DNA of 64,000 nt. It comes from an uncultured Nitrososphaerota archaeon (GTDB lineage: Archaea > Thermoproteota > Nitrososphaeria > Nitrososphaerales > Gagatemarchaeaceae). The DNA lies in contig CAWISW010000002.1 of NCBI GenBank assembly GCA_963838925.1, positions 128,001 to 192,000 on the forward strand. The letters are read 5' to 3'. Positions within the stretch are counted from its first letter, which is position 1. Every line of letters begins with the position of its first letter. Below the pieces are notes generated by a model. That model worked only from the letters and a program-made list of their open reading frames with translations, was not told the DNA's origin and did no database searches. The position numbers and the translations under genes were made by a program. Positions 49,615 to 59,232 of the stretch are shown one piece after another.

Positions 49615-49796
49615 CTCTTTCTTCATCCCGGAACTGCCGCTTTGAATGTTGCCTCTTGCGCTAGTCTGTCCGAGCGGTGGTCATTGGGCCCATCACACCC
49701 TCCCTCGCACCGTTGTCATCAACGCGTCAAAAGATGAGCTTCCCGGCAAGCAACCGTTTTATCCACTCTGCGCCTCTCGCTGATTCGAAGCCCCAG

Positions 49797-50543
49797 ATGC
49801 GTCCAAAACTGCTCGTGGTCCAAAACGCGGAATGGGAGGGTCCGGGGTTAGTCGGTCTGCACGCACGCGCAGCCGGCGTGGAGATGGTGACGGCCGAGCT
49901 CTTCCGCGGGCCTCCCGGCGCCCACAAGATCCCTTTCGGCGATCTGGAGAGGGGGGCGTACTCCGCGGTCGTCGGCCTCGGGTCTCCTTCCACGGCGTAC
50001 CGTCCGGAGAGCAACCCAAACCACGACGAACTAGTCAGGCTCTTCAAGGTGATTCGGAAGCGCAAGATACCCTCGTTCAACATCTGCTACTCCATGCAGC
50101 TCTTCTCGCTCGTCCACGGCGGCGTGGTCATCAAGAACCCGGCTGGCAAGGAGGTGGGCTTCGGAGAGGTCCGACCGACGCAGGAGGGGAGGTCTGACCC
50201 CGTGGTCGGGCCTATAGGCCCGTACACAACCCTCCAGTGGCACAGCGACATCGTCGAGACGCTGCCCCCGGGCGCCGTGCACATCGCGTCGTCCAGGAAG
50301 ACGAGAAACCAGGTGGCCTCCCTCGATGGGATACACTACCTTGTTCAGGCAGACGGGCAGGCTGCCATCCCCGCGATGGTCAGGAGCTGGCTGAGGCACG
50401 ACTCGAAGTGGGCGACCCAGGGGACGGGCATCAGGGCTGTCGAGCTCATACGCGAGGCCGTCGAGTACGAGGCGTACTTCAGGAACACTTTCCTGAGAAT
50501 CTTCGGAAACTTCCTCGCCCAGGTCCTCCCGCCCCAGCGCTGA
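49797..50543 (+). CDS. Type 1 glutamine amidotransferase-like protein
   Basis: EGPG, ICYSMQL, EVGF, QWHSD; canonical HPE replaced by ADG. Confidence 0.8.
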   Translation: MRPKLLVVQNAEWEGPGLVGLHARAAGVEMVTAELFRGPPGAHKIPFGDLERGAYSAVVGLGSPSTAYRPESNPNHDELVRLFKVIRKRKIPSFNICYSMQLFSLVHGGVVIKNPAGKEVGFGEVRPTQEGRSDPVVGPIGPYTTLQWHSDIVETLPPGAVHIASSRKTRNQVASLDGIHYLVQADGQAAIPAMVRSWLRHDSKWATQGTGIRAVELIREAVEYEAYFRNTFLRIFGNFLAQVLPPQR

Positions 50544-50566
50544 GGCGGAACGCACGAAGGCGGCGG

Positions 50567-51007
50567 CTAGGGCGACTTGTTCAGGTCCTCGAACCGGCTC
50601 ACGTGATGGTGGACTATCTTCCAAACGTCGCCGAACTTGCCGAGGACCATCGTCACCCTCGACCGCCCGCCCACCGTCGAGCCTTCGAAGGAGTAGTCGT
50701 TCACGAAGACACCCTTGTAGCTCAGGTAGAACGTCGCCACCGCCATGAACCCCACGACGTCGATGCGCAGGTCGTCTATCTTGTACTCGTAGTCCGATAT
50801 GTTGGCGAACCTCGCCTGCTCGTACATGAACGCGTCGTCAGAGTTCTGCCGCGTGTAGGGAGGGGACTCGTCGAACTTTGTGAAGTACTGGGACGGGGCA
50901 AAGAACGCAGACAGGTTCGTGATGTCCTTCGTCTTCCCGACCTCGAAGTAGGCCGTTATCAGGGCGGTCACCTCCCTCCTCGCCTGATCTACCTGGCGCG
51001 ACTCCAC
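50567..51007 (-). CDS. NTF2/SnoaL-like protein
   Basis: RVTMVL..WKIVHHHVS. Confidence 0.8.
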   Translation of the reverse strand: MESRQVDQARREVTALITAYFEVGKTKDITNLSAFFAPSQYFTKFDESPPYTRQNSDDAFMYEQARFANISDYEYKIDDLRIDVVGFMAVATFYLSYKGVFVNDYSFEGSTVGGRSRVTMVLGKFGDVWKIVHHHVSRFEDLNKSP

Positions 51008-51061
51008 GGGCGCGCTTTGTCAAGCCATTAGATAAGCTGAGGAATCCCGGCCATGGCCGGC

Positions 51062-51247
51062 CTATTCGCGGCCTAGGAGCTCGAAGAAGGACGGGTGCAG
51101 CCCGATCCTGGCCAACTCCTCCCTCGCCTTGTCGGCGGTTTCGGCGACGACCACTATGGTGAGGGTCTCTGTCAGCTCGCTCCGAAACCTGTATTCAGAG
51201 GTTGCTGCGCGCGGGACAGAAGGGTCTCCCAGCTGGTTCGCTTGCAA
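51062..51247 (-). CDS. Small hypothetical protein
   Basis: 61 aa, co-oriented with its neighbours. Confidence 0.4.
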   Translation of the reverse strand: MQANQLGDPSVPRAATSEYRFRSELTETLTIVVVAETADKAREELARIGLHPSFFELLGRE

Positions 51248-51300
51248 ATGCCTTCCAGCGATGGCCCCGCTCCCGCCGGATATGTGACGCTCCTCACAGG

Positions 51301-51705
51301 TTAGGGATTATCTGCCTTTGGGGCCTCGCGCCTGGCAATCCCGAAGGCGTCACGCGCTCGCAGCACAATCCTCTCTATCATTGGGAGGTTTGCGACCGGG
51401 CCGTGGACCTCGACGAAGCTCCCCTCTCGGAGCTCGTACACGGGAAGGTTCGCGCCTAGCGCGTGCTCGACCTCCTTCCTAACGCCCTCTGTGACGTAGC
51501 CATGTGACCTCGAGAAGACCATGCAGTCGCACCCGTCCAAGACCCCGAGGTAGTACTCTGTCTCTTTCCCGGGCTCGGGATTCGACTGAAGCGCGCTCGG
51601 GTCGACTATCTCGCACCCTGAGAACCGCCTCTCGATGAGGGAGATCTCTCTCCTCTCCGCGGCCGTCCCGTAGAGCTTGATCGGGTGGGAGTAGAAGACC
51701 TTCAA
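51301..51705 (-). CDS. Nucleoside 2-deoxyribosyltransferase-like protein
   Basis: VFYSHP, EIVDP, CDCMVF, GVRKEVEHA..LPVY. Confidence 0.6.
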   Translation of the reverse strand: MKVFYSHPIKLYGTAAERREISLIERRFSGCEIVDPSALQSNPEPGKETEYYLGVLDGCDCMVFSRSHGYVTEGVRKEVEHALGANLPVYELREGSFVEVHGPVANLPMIERIVLRARDAFGIARREAPKADNP

Positions 51706-51727
51706 GCTCGCGACCCATCCTCCAAGG

Positions 51728-52585
51728 TCAATTGAGGGCGACCTGGCCCGGCCTCTGTACTGGAAAGTGCGCCTCGAGCTCAGCCCGTTCGTTCGGAGTG
51801 AGCCGCCAGCCGCTCGCGCCCAGGTTCTCCCTCACGTGTGCGGGATTCGAGGCCCTGGGGATGGGAAAGACGTTGGGCGTGGAGGCCAGCCAGTTGAGCG
51901 AGACCTGGGCGCTGGTCTTCGACGTCTGCCTGCATACCTCCCGCGTCTTCGCCTCCCCTCCTGCGAGCCGCCCGTGCCCAAGCGGGTAGTAAGCGAGCAC
52001 CGCGATGCCGTTCCTCTGACAGTAGGGAACCAGATCATCCTCTGGGCCTCTGTGGACGAGGCTGTAGTTGACCTGGACTGAGGATATCTCGGACCTCTTA
52101 AGGGAGGAGTTCGCCTCGGCGAGCTCCTTCAACGAGAAGTTGCTGACCCCAATCGACAAGATCTTTCCGCTCGCCATCAGCTCCTCCATCGCTCCCATCG
52201 TCTCGGAGATGGGGACGCTCGCGTTCGGAAAGTGCACCTGGTAGAGGTCGACGTAAGAGAGCTCGAGCCTCCTAAGGCTCCTCTCGAGGGCGGCGAGCAG
52301 GTCGTCCCTCCTTAGGTGGTCAAGCCACACCTTCGTTGCGATGAAGAGCTCGTCCCTCCTCCTCCCCTTGATGGCTTTCGCGACCAGGGATTCTGACTCG
52401 TAGGCCTCCGCCGAGTCGATCAAGTTCATGCCTCCCTCCAGCCCCGCGACGAGGGCCCTCACTTTGGTCGAAGCGCCCGCCCTCCATCCGTGCTTTGCGA
52501 GCCGTATCCAAGGCTTGTCGTAGTAGGTGCCCATGCCGATCTCGGAGACTCTCGGACCTGCCTTTCCGAATTGCTTCAGCTCCAA
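51728..52585 (-). CDS. Aldo/keto reductase
   Basis: IDSAEAY, ATKVW, DLYQVHFP, IGVSNF, AYYPL, PIP. Confidence 0.93.
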   Translation of the reverse strand: MELKQFGKAGPRVSEIGMGTYYDKPWIRLAKHGWRAGASTKVRALVAGLEGGMNLIDSAEAYESESLVAKAIKGRRRDELFIATKVWLDHLRRDDLLAALERSLRRLELSYVDLYQVHFPNASVPISETMGAMEELMASGKILSIGVSNFSLKELAEANSSLKRSEISSVQVNYSLVHRGPEDDLVPYCQRNGIAVLAYYPLGHGRLAGGEAKTREVCRQTSKTSAQVSLNWLASTPNVFPIPRASNPAHVRENLGASGWRLTPNERAELEAHFPVQRPGQVALN

Positions 52586-52642
52586 GTTGCTACGCCTCCC
52601 CTAGGCGCCTTGGGGGCATGACGAGGCCGGTTCCGTGGCTCA

Positions 52643-53608
52643 TCATGGCAACTTCAGCGACGCAGGGCCCTTCGACGCGATTACTGCATCCTGGCTCGAG
52701 CCGTGGCTGGGGCTCCCTCCAAGGTGGTACGACTCCAGCTTGTCCGACTCCGGGGTTATCCCTGACCAGGTACCGTGCCTGATAGGCTCGACAATCGACA
52801 GGCCGCTCTTGGCGACGAGGTCTCGCACGTAGCTCTCTGGTTGCGCGATGAAGTGCGCCGGGTCGTCCAGTGTCCGCACCTGAAAATCGCCGTACTGGTA
52901 GACTAGGTTCGGCGTAGTGAGGCCAGCTCGCACCGCGGGGAGGGTGGACTCGCTGAAGAGGCAGAAGGTCGCGAAGGCTATTCCTCCTGGCTTCAGGACG
53001 CGCGCAGTCTCGGACATGTAGTTGGCCGCCTCCGCCGGCAGCATGTGCGTATACACCGACCCGGCGAAGGCAAAGTCGAAGGTGTCGTCATCATACGGGA
53101 ACATCAGCCGGCTCGCGTCGGCACCTCCAGACGGGTTGTACCTCTGGCTGAATGTGCCCGTAGACCTGAAGCGGAAGTTGGGGAACCTCGGAGTGATCGC
53201 CTGCTGGCACCACTCGACCGGCTTCTTCGCCGCGTCGAACCCCTCGTAGGCGGCATTCGGGGATAGATACTTTGTCAGTGCGGCGGCTACCCTTCCGCAG
53301 CCGCAGCCGATGTCGAGGAACTTCGCGTCCTTCTGAAGCCCGGCGAGCTCCCTGAAGGCTGCCACGTTCCTCTCCCCAGTCATCCTGTAGAGCCGGGGGT
53401 CGAGGAACGGGCCGATGTGCAGCCTTATCCTGAGGGGAGGGGTGAGATTGTCCCTGACCCCTGACGCCTTCTCTCCAAGGTTGGTCATTCCGTCAAAGGC
53501 CGACGCCACTGCAGGGACTGCCGACGGCGGGACCATCCTCTTCGCGTAGCCGATCATGTAACCCGCGACCTTCGAGCTGGTCTCAGCGAGGTGTGTGGCA
53601 GACGTCAT
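52643..53608 (-). CDS. Class I SAM methyltransferase
   Basis: LDIGCGCGR, FDFAFAGSVYTHM, RVLKPGG. Confidence 0.88.
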   Translation of the reverse strand: MTSATHLAETSSKVAGYMIGYAKRMVPPSAVPAVASAFDGMTNLGEKASGVRDNLTPPLRIRLHIGPFLDPRLYRMTGERNVAAFRELAGLQKDAKFLDIGCGCGRVAAALTKYLSPNAAYEGFDAAKKPVEWCQQAITPRFPNFRFRSTGTFSQRYNPSGGADASRLMFPYDDDTFDFAFAGSVYTHMLPAEAANYMSETARVLKPGGIAFATFCLFSESTLPAVRAGLTTPNLVYQYGDFQVRTLDDPAHFIAQPESYVRDLVAKSGLSIVEPIRHGTWSGITPESDKLESYHLGGSPSHGSSQDAVIASKGPASLKLP

Positions 53609-54408
53609 CTATCCACCAGGTCTATGATTTGACCGAAGGAACGCCCGCACGCCGCGCATCGCCTTTCGTGAATCTCCCCTCCGCACAAGCATTTCACGTA
53701 AGGCGCGTTCCTCCCTCCGCTCTTCCTGACGCGGTATCGGGCGAACAGCATGGACTTCGCGGGCCACAGGCGTGAAGTCTTGAGGTCTATCGTGGCGAGG
53801 GGCGAGAGCCTCTCGACCTTCCGTCCGAGCCTGTTGTCGAAGGCGCCGACCCCGAGGACCTCCACCCGCTCTAGCCCGGGGTGCCTGTAGCGGCTCAACG
53901 GCGTCGGGTATATCCTGTGGCCCTCGGGGCTGACCTTGACTTGGCCGTTTGCCCCATGGCCTTTGTCAATCTCGTTGGCTACTCCGAGGACAAACGTCCC
54001 TCCGTCCCTCGCGACTCTCACGATCTCGGCGAGGAGCGCGTCGGGGTCGGGTACGTGGTGGATGACCCTGACCAGGGCCACGAAGTCGAAGACGCTGTCG
54101 TCGAACGGTAGCCTCTCCAGGGTGCTCCTGACCAGGGTGGTCCTCTCGAGCCTTGACGAGGCTCTGCGAAGGTTGCTCAGAGAGTAGTCCAACATGAACA
54201 TCTGCCCCACTCGCCTTTCGATTTCCTGGGTGAGCCTCCCGAACCCGCCTCCCAGCTCGACCCCGGTCTCCCCCGCCGCCCAGCGCGACACGATCTCCCT
54301 CTCGGCTCGGTCCTCGATGCTTCTCCCTCGCCAGACGGTGGAGTAGTCGTACCTCTCGTAGTCGGGAATCTCGCTCCTCAGCTCTGTCGCGGCGCCCAAG
54401 GCGAACAC
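53605..54408 (-). CDS. Class I SAM methyltransferase with C-terminal Zn knuckle
   Basis: ELGGGFGR, LPFDDSVFD, VIHHVPD; CLCGG..CAACG. Confidence 0.85.
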   Translation of the reverse strand: MFALGAATELRSEIPDYERYDYSTVWRGRSIEDRAEREIVSRWAAGETGVELGGGFGRLTQEIERRVGQMFMLDYSLSNLRRASSRLERTTLVRSTLERLPFDDSVFDFVALVRVIHHVPDPDALLAEIVRVARDGGTFVLGVANEIDKGHGANGQVKVSPEGHRIYPTPLSRYRHPGLERVEVLGVGAFDNRLGRKVERLSPLATIDLKTSRLWPAKSMLFARYRVRKSGGRNAPYVKCLCGGEIHERRCAACGRSFGQIIDLVDR

Positions 54409-54409
54409 C

Positions 54410-55388
54410 TCAAGCAGACGGGGCGCGCCAGCCGCCCTTCAGCCGCCGATACATACTCCCGAGTTCCAGGTACCTGCGAGAGACGAACTCCAGGTGCCCA
54501 GGCCCCATGTTCGTCAAGAATAGGTCGTCCCGCCTGCCGTCCTTGGCCAGCCTCCTGTTCCGAGCCCATGCCTTGAGCGATACGAATGAACCTAGCGTGA
54601 GGAAGAGCCAGGAGTTCACGACCTTGGATCCCATGTCGGAGTGCAGGTCCCCGCCTTTGTGCGAGCCCGCCTCCCTCAACCTTCTCTCATAGAGGCTCGG
54701 AAAGTACGACTTCATCCACGACGCCCTCTCAAGGATCGGGTAGTAGGCGTCGCCCTCGGAGATCACCTTCGCGGTGAGCGAGTCCCTCGCGAACAGGGCG
54801 TCGTGCGGTCTGGTGAGCGCGTCTTTAGCCATGCGCTCGTCCATCATGAAGCTGAAGCAGAACGGCGCTGCGCGGTTCCTTGTCAAGGAGTAGATCCGGG
54901 CGAGGATGAAGGACTTGAGCATGAACGCCCACATCCCGTTTGTCTTCGTAATGCAGTAGAGGTCGATGTCGTCGTCCTCGGCAGCCGAGAGGTAGGAGCT
55001 AGTCCCGGCCACCGCCACGAAGACGGCGTCCTTGCTCAGCGGTCCGGTGAAGTCCCTCGCTCTCTCGAGGTTTGCTATCGCGCGCCGCCTCCTCCTGCCT
55101 TCCTCCAGGACTGCTTCCGCGCGACTGGCAGGGGCTGAGCCGCGTTGCCTCAGGAGCACAAGGCCTGACTCGACCAAGACCCTGGAGGAGAGCCAGTCGT
55201 CTGAAGAGACTCGCCTCTTCGACTTCCTCCGCGGTCGCGTCGATTGCGAGGAGGTCTACGAGGTCATCCAGGGAGAGCAGGCCGCCTGCTGCCGCTGCAA
55301 TCCTGCAGTATGCGTCCACCGCCTCCCTCTGCTTTTCGTCCAGCGGGGCTGTGGATTGCCGTCCGCTTGACTCTACCAGGGCTGTCAT
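54410..55388 (-). pseudogene. Frameshifted polymerase-beta-type nucleotidyltransferase-like gene
   Basis: N-terminal ORF from 55388 shifts frame near 55211 into the ORF bearing VAGTSSY..DDDIDL. Confidence 0.6.
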
Positions 55389-55527
55389 CCCCGGTTAGAA
55401 ATTATGTTCATAGGATGGATATAACCCAATCCCTTACGGGTTAGGTTGGAGTCTCCCCTCGTCACCGCGTGCGCCGTACCGGCCGAATCGGCCTAAACCT
55501 AAATCCTGACCAATCCACCGCCTGGCG

Positions 55528-56433
55528 ATGATGAACGCAGTCCCTGACGATGCCACGTCTCGCGTCCAGAGGAACACGGCGGTGATGCGCGGGTGGATCG
55601 ACGCGCACAACCGTCAGGACGTGGACGGCGCGCTCGTCTACTTCGACAAAGACATCGAGATCGAGGAGGTCCCGACGGGCGTGAGGTACAGGGGGATCGA
55701 CGCGATCAAGGAGATGGCCAGGGTGGCATACGGAGCTCAGGGTCACAAGGAGATGGTGAACCTGTTTGCGAGCGAGGATTGGGCGTGCGTGGAATACGTC
55801 GCGAAGGCCAAGCTGTCGGGAGCCGCGGGCATCTCCGGGCAGACCATCGTGGGAGATGTGAAGGCAGGCGTGAACGCCGCGTCTGGCAAGCAAGAGGTCG
55901 AGATGAAGGTGTGCTACCTCGCCCACTTCAACGCCGAGGGCAGGATAGACCGCGTCCGTGAGTACTACGACCTGCTGAGCGTGATGACCCAACTTGGAGT
56001 TGATGCGAAGGGCGTCGGTCGCGAGGGGGCTGCCCGCTCCTCAGAGCCAGACGCGCAAGAGTCCGAACGCACGCAGCCGGGAGCCGCGAGAGCGCCAGGG
56101 ACACAGGAGAGCTTCCCACGCTGCATCGAGGATCTCCGCAAGAAGTTCAGCGACCCGGCGGTCAAGGAATCGCTCGAGGGCTTCAGCCAGACCCTGCAGG
56201 TCTCGCTCACCGACCTGGGTGAGAACTATGTCTTCACCATCAAGAACGGGAAGCTGACGAAGGTGGACAAGAGGAACCTCCCTGACGCTGGCATAGTGGT
56301 AACCGTCACCAGCTCGGTGTTCGAGGGCATTCTGAACGGGACCTCGAATCCCATGATGGCCTACCTGAAGGGCAAGTTCAAGATGAAGGGGGCGAGGGAT
56401 GATCTGATGCGGCTGCAGAAGATAATGGGGTGA
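55528..56433 (+). CDS. SnoaL-like plus SCP2 lipid-binding domain fusion
   Basis: N-domain ends GRIDRVREYYD; C-domain NPMMAYLKGKFKMKG. Confidence 0.8.
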   Translation: MMNAVPDDATSRVQRNTAVMRGWIDAHNRQDVDGALVYFDKDIEIEEVPTGVRYRGIDAIKEMARVAYGAQGHKEMVNLFASEDWACVEYVAKAKLSGAAGISGQTIVGDVKAGVNAASGKQEVEMKVCYLAHFNAEGRIDRVREYYDLLSVMTQLGVDAKGVGREGAARSSEPDAQESERTQPGAARAPGTQESFPRCIEDLRKKFSDPAVKESLEGFSQTLQVSLTDLGENYVFTIKNGKLTKVDKRNLPDAGIVVTVTSSVFEGILNGTSNPMMAYLKGKFKMKGARDDLMRLQKIMG

Positions 56434-56452
56434 AGGCGCGCCCAGCTCGGTG

Positions 56453-57406
56453 TCACTCGAGCCGGAGGCGAACGCCCAGGCGCCTTGAGAGGTTCTCGAG
56501 GTCCTGGGCGACGTAGAAGAACGCCATCCAGCTCCACTTGCCCCAGCGCCTGATGCCCTCCTGCTTCACCTTCTCTATCGCTTCCCTCCTGTCCTTGGGC
56601 TGCTTCCCGAAGAAGAGCAGCCCGAAGACGTCGACCGACCACGCGTCGATGGGGAAGCCTCCGTGTGGGTTGATGATGTCGGCGGCGTAGTCCCCTACCC
56701 CAGGCAACTCGACCAGCTTCTCCTTCGCCTTGTCAGGCGGCATCCCCATGATCTCCTGCATGTCAGGAAACCCAGATTCTACCATCTTCGCCGAAGCGAC
56801 GATGTACTTCGCCCTGTATCCTAGCTTGCATCGCTTCGCAAACGATCTGACGTCGAGCTTCGCGATCCTTGTGGCCGTCGGCTGAAGCACGACCTCCTTT
56901 CCGTCGAACCTGATGGTCTCCCCGTACTCTCTGTCGATGGCCTCCATCATCTCGGTGCTCCTCTTCAGCCTCGCCATCTGGAGGCATATGCTCAGGATGA
57001 CCGAGTTGAAGAGAGAGACGGCCTGGGTGTCGTGCATGCCGTACAGGCTCTCGACCACGTGCTTCAGGATCCGGTCCTTCAAGGCGAAGTCGTAGAACTC
57101 CTTCAGGTCTTTGTCTGCTCCGAGACAGACCTTGAGCGTGAGGCGCAGCCTCTCCGCCTCGCTCTCGGAGATCTTTCCCCCTGCATAGGCGCCGACCTGC
57201 ACCCGCGGCCTCTCCAAGGTGCCCATGGACTGAATCTTCAGCCCTACCGGGCTCCCTCCGAAGCGGATGCCCGACCATAGCGTCTCGTCATTGAAGACCT
57301 CATCGGAGGTGAACAAGTCCCAGCCGGCGGGCTTTCTCACCGTGAGGCGGAAGTTAAACGGGGGCACAGGCACTATCTCGAACTCCGCTCTGCGCCGCAG
57401 TTCCAC
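56453..57406 (-). CDS. HhH-GPD DNA glycosylase (AlkA/Ogg-like)
   Basis: LGYRAKY, LVELPGVGDYAAD, FPIDAW. Confidence 0.85.
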   Translation of the reverse strand: MELRRRAEFEIVPVPPFNFRLTVRKPAGWDLFTSDEVFNDETLWSGIRFGGSPVGLKIQSMGTLERPRVQVGAYAGGKISESEAERLRLTLKVCLGADKDLKEFYDFALKDRILKHVVESLYGMHDTQAVSLFNSVILSICLQMARLKRSTEMMEAIDREYGETIRFDGKEVVLQPTATRIAKLDVRSFAKRCKLGYRAKYIVASAKMVESGFPDMQEIMGMPPDKAKEKLVELPGVGDYAADIINPHGGFPIDAWSVDVFGLLFFGKQPKDRREAIEKVKQEGIRRWGKWSWMAFFYVAQDLENLSRRLGVRLRLE

Positions 57407-57472
57407 CGCTAGCTCCTCCCGGGAGACGAGTCCAATGAGACGCGATGCTTGTCAGTTAGAGCTGGCGCAGTC

Positions 57473-57868
57473 CTACTTCTTGCGCTTGGTGGTCCGCCGC
57501 GGGGCCGCCGTGGGCTCAAAGAGCGCGATGAGATTCCCCTCGGGGTCTGCTCCGATATAGGACCACCCTATCGTGGGAATCTCCATTTTCTCCATGATCT
57601 CCCTTCCGCCCGCCTTCTTGAAGGCCACGATGTGCTTGTCGATGTCGTCTACGCCGATGTAGTTCCTCGGAACGTCGGTCGCGCCGGTCCTCTTGTACAT
57701 CCCTCCAGGCACGCTCTTCCCTCTCGGTCCCGTGGAGATGTTCCAATAGTCCATGTCGGAAATCTGGGTCTTCTTGAACTTCCATCCGAAGACGTCCGAG
57801 TAGAACTTCGACAGTTTGCCGAGGTCGTTGGCGGGTATCTCAAAGTGGACAATAGTCTTGATGACCAT
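57473..57868 (-). CDS. VOC family protein
   Basis: IVHFEIPA, FYSDVFGW, DPEGN. Confidence 0.9.
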   Translation of the reverse strand: MVIKTIVHFEIPANDLGKLSKFYSDVFGWKFKKTQISDMDYWNISTGPRGKSVPGGMYKRTGATDVPRNYIGVDDIDKHIVAFKKAGGREIMEKMEIPTIGWSYIGADPEGNLIALFEPTAAPRRTTKRKK

Positions 57869-58005
57869 GAGGACAGGGACTGGGACGCCTTATTTTAGGC
57901 CTCTGAAGGACTGCTCGAGGCGCCCGCGGCGTTTCCGGACTAGGTCAACCGGCCCTCTTTCGCGTCTGGAACCTCTACGCGGCCGTCGGCTTTAGAAAGA
58001 TGAAG

Positions 58006-58123
58006 CGGCGTCGGACCGACTCGAACGGTCGACCAACAGGTGTTTGCAGTGCTTTACGCACTTTAACAGCCTGCTGCTCTACCATGCTGCCCAGTTGTTT
58101 TCCAACTTCTGAGCTACGACGCC
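58006..58123 (-). tRNA. tRNA-Asn(GTT), two introns: 58087-58108 (15/16) and 58042-58063 (37/38)
   Basis: GGCGTCG/CGACGCC acceptor, GCAGG-CTGTTAA-CCTGT after splicing, GACCG-TTCGAGT-CGGTC. Confidence 0.92.
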
Positions 58124-58303
58124 AGACTTCGTGCGCGCCTTCGACGGGCACGCTATATGAAATTAACTATCCTCGATGTGAAAACATAGCAGGGCAGGGA
58201 GGAGCAAGTCGAGGTCCATGGAATACTACAAGTACTTCTGGCCATGGAGCAACTGCCACGCCGTGATGGTCGTGAGAGTCATCGGGGGTTACTTGGTTCA
58301 GAT

Positions 58304-59161
58304 ATGAAAGTCCAAAAAATCTCCGGAAAGGTTCACGCCAGGATAGCCTCAGGCGATTCCATCTACGAAGGGTGGGGAGCAAACCAGGGCTTCGTCACGA
58401 CCAGCGTGGGGGCGGTGGTCATCGACACGGGTTTCACCGCAATCTCCGCAAAGGCCCTCTTGCGGGACATGCGGTCGTCCGGCTCGGCGCCGGTAAGGCT
58501 GATAGTCAACACACACGATCACTCAGACCACGTCTTTGGGAACTCCGTCTTCGACGAGGACTCGCCCTTGATCTTGGCCCATCCCAACTGCAGAGCCAGG
58601 CTCCTAGAACTCGGCAACGAGCGGATTCGCGGATATCGGGCGTTCGACGAGCGGCTGAAGAACGACCTTACCGGACTCCGCCTGACTCCGCCGCAGGTCA
58701 CCTACGAGGACGACCTGGAACTGAGCATCGGGCAGACTACTTTCCGCTTCATCCATCCAAACAAAGGCGCGCACACCAGCGGAGACACGATGGTGCTCCT
58801 GCCTGACGAGAAGGTTCTCTTCGCGGGCGACCTACTCTGGGTGGGCTACCATCCCAATCTCGAGGACGCGGACTTTGACGGCTGGCTGCACGAACTTGAC
58901 GCCATCTCTAGGATGAAGGTCGACCGAATCATCCCCGGCCACGGAAGGGTCGCAGACAAGAGCAGCATCGCTCCGCTGGCCGCATACCTGCGCGAGTTTG
59001 ACGCTAGGCTGGGAAAGCTCGCGCGAGAAGGCGTCCCCAAAGCGAAGGTCGCCCAGCAGATGGAGATTCCAGGGTCGGAGGAGTGGAGCCTGAAGGATTT
59101 CGTACAGCGCAACGTGGAAATCGTCTACGACAGGTATTTGGCACGCGAATCGCCAGCTTGA
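58304..59161 (+). CDS. MBL-fold metallo-hydrolase
   Basis: THDHSDHVFGN, AHTSGD, FAGD, IPGHG. Confidence 0.9.
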   Translation: MKVQKISGKVHARIASGDSIYEGWGANQGFVTTSVGAVVIDTGFTAISAKALLRDMRSSGSAPVRLIVNTHDHSDHVFGNSVFDEDSPLILAHPNCRARLLELGNERIRGYRAFDERLKNDLTGLRLTPPQVTYEDDLELSIGQTTFRFIHPNKGAHTSGDTMVLLPDEKVLFAGDLLWVGYHPNLEDADFDGWLHELDAISRMKVDRIIPGHGRVADKSSIAPLAAYLREFDARLGKLAREGVPKAKVAQQMEIPGSEEWSLKDFVQRNVEIVYDRYLARESPA

Positions 59162-59232
59162 CCAGCCCGAGTTGCGAACCCTGAGCGGGCTGAACTCTCA
59201 GTCTTCGCGATGCGCAGCCGCGCGCGAGTGAA

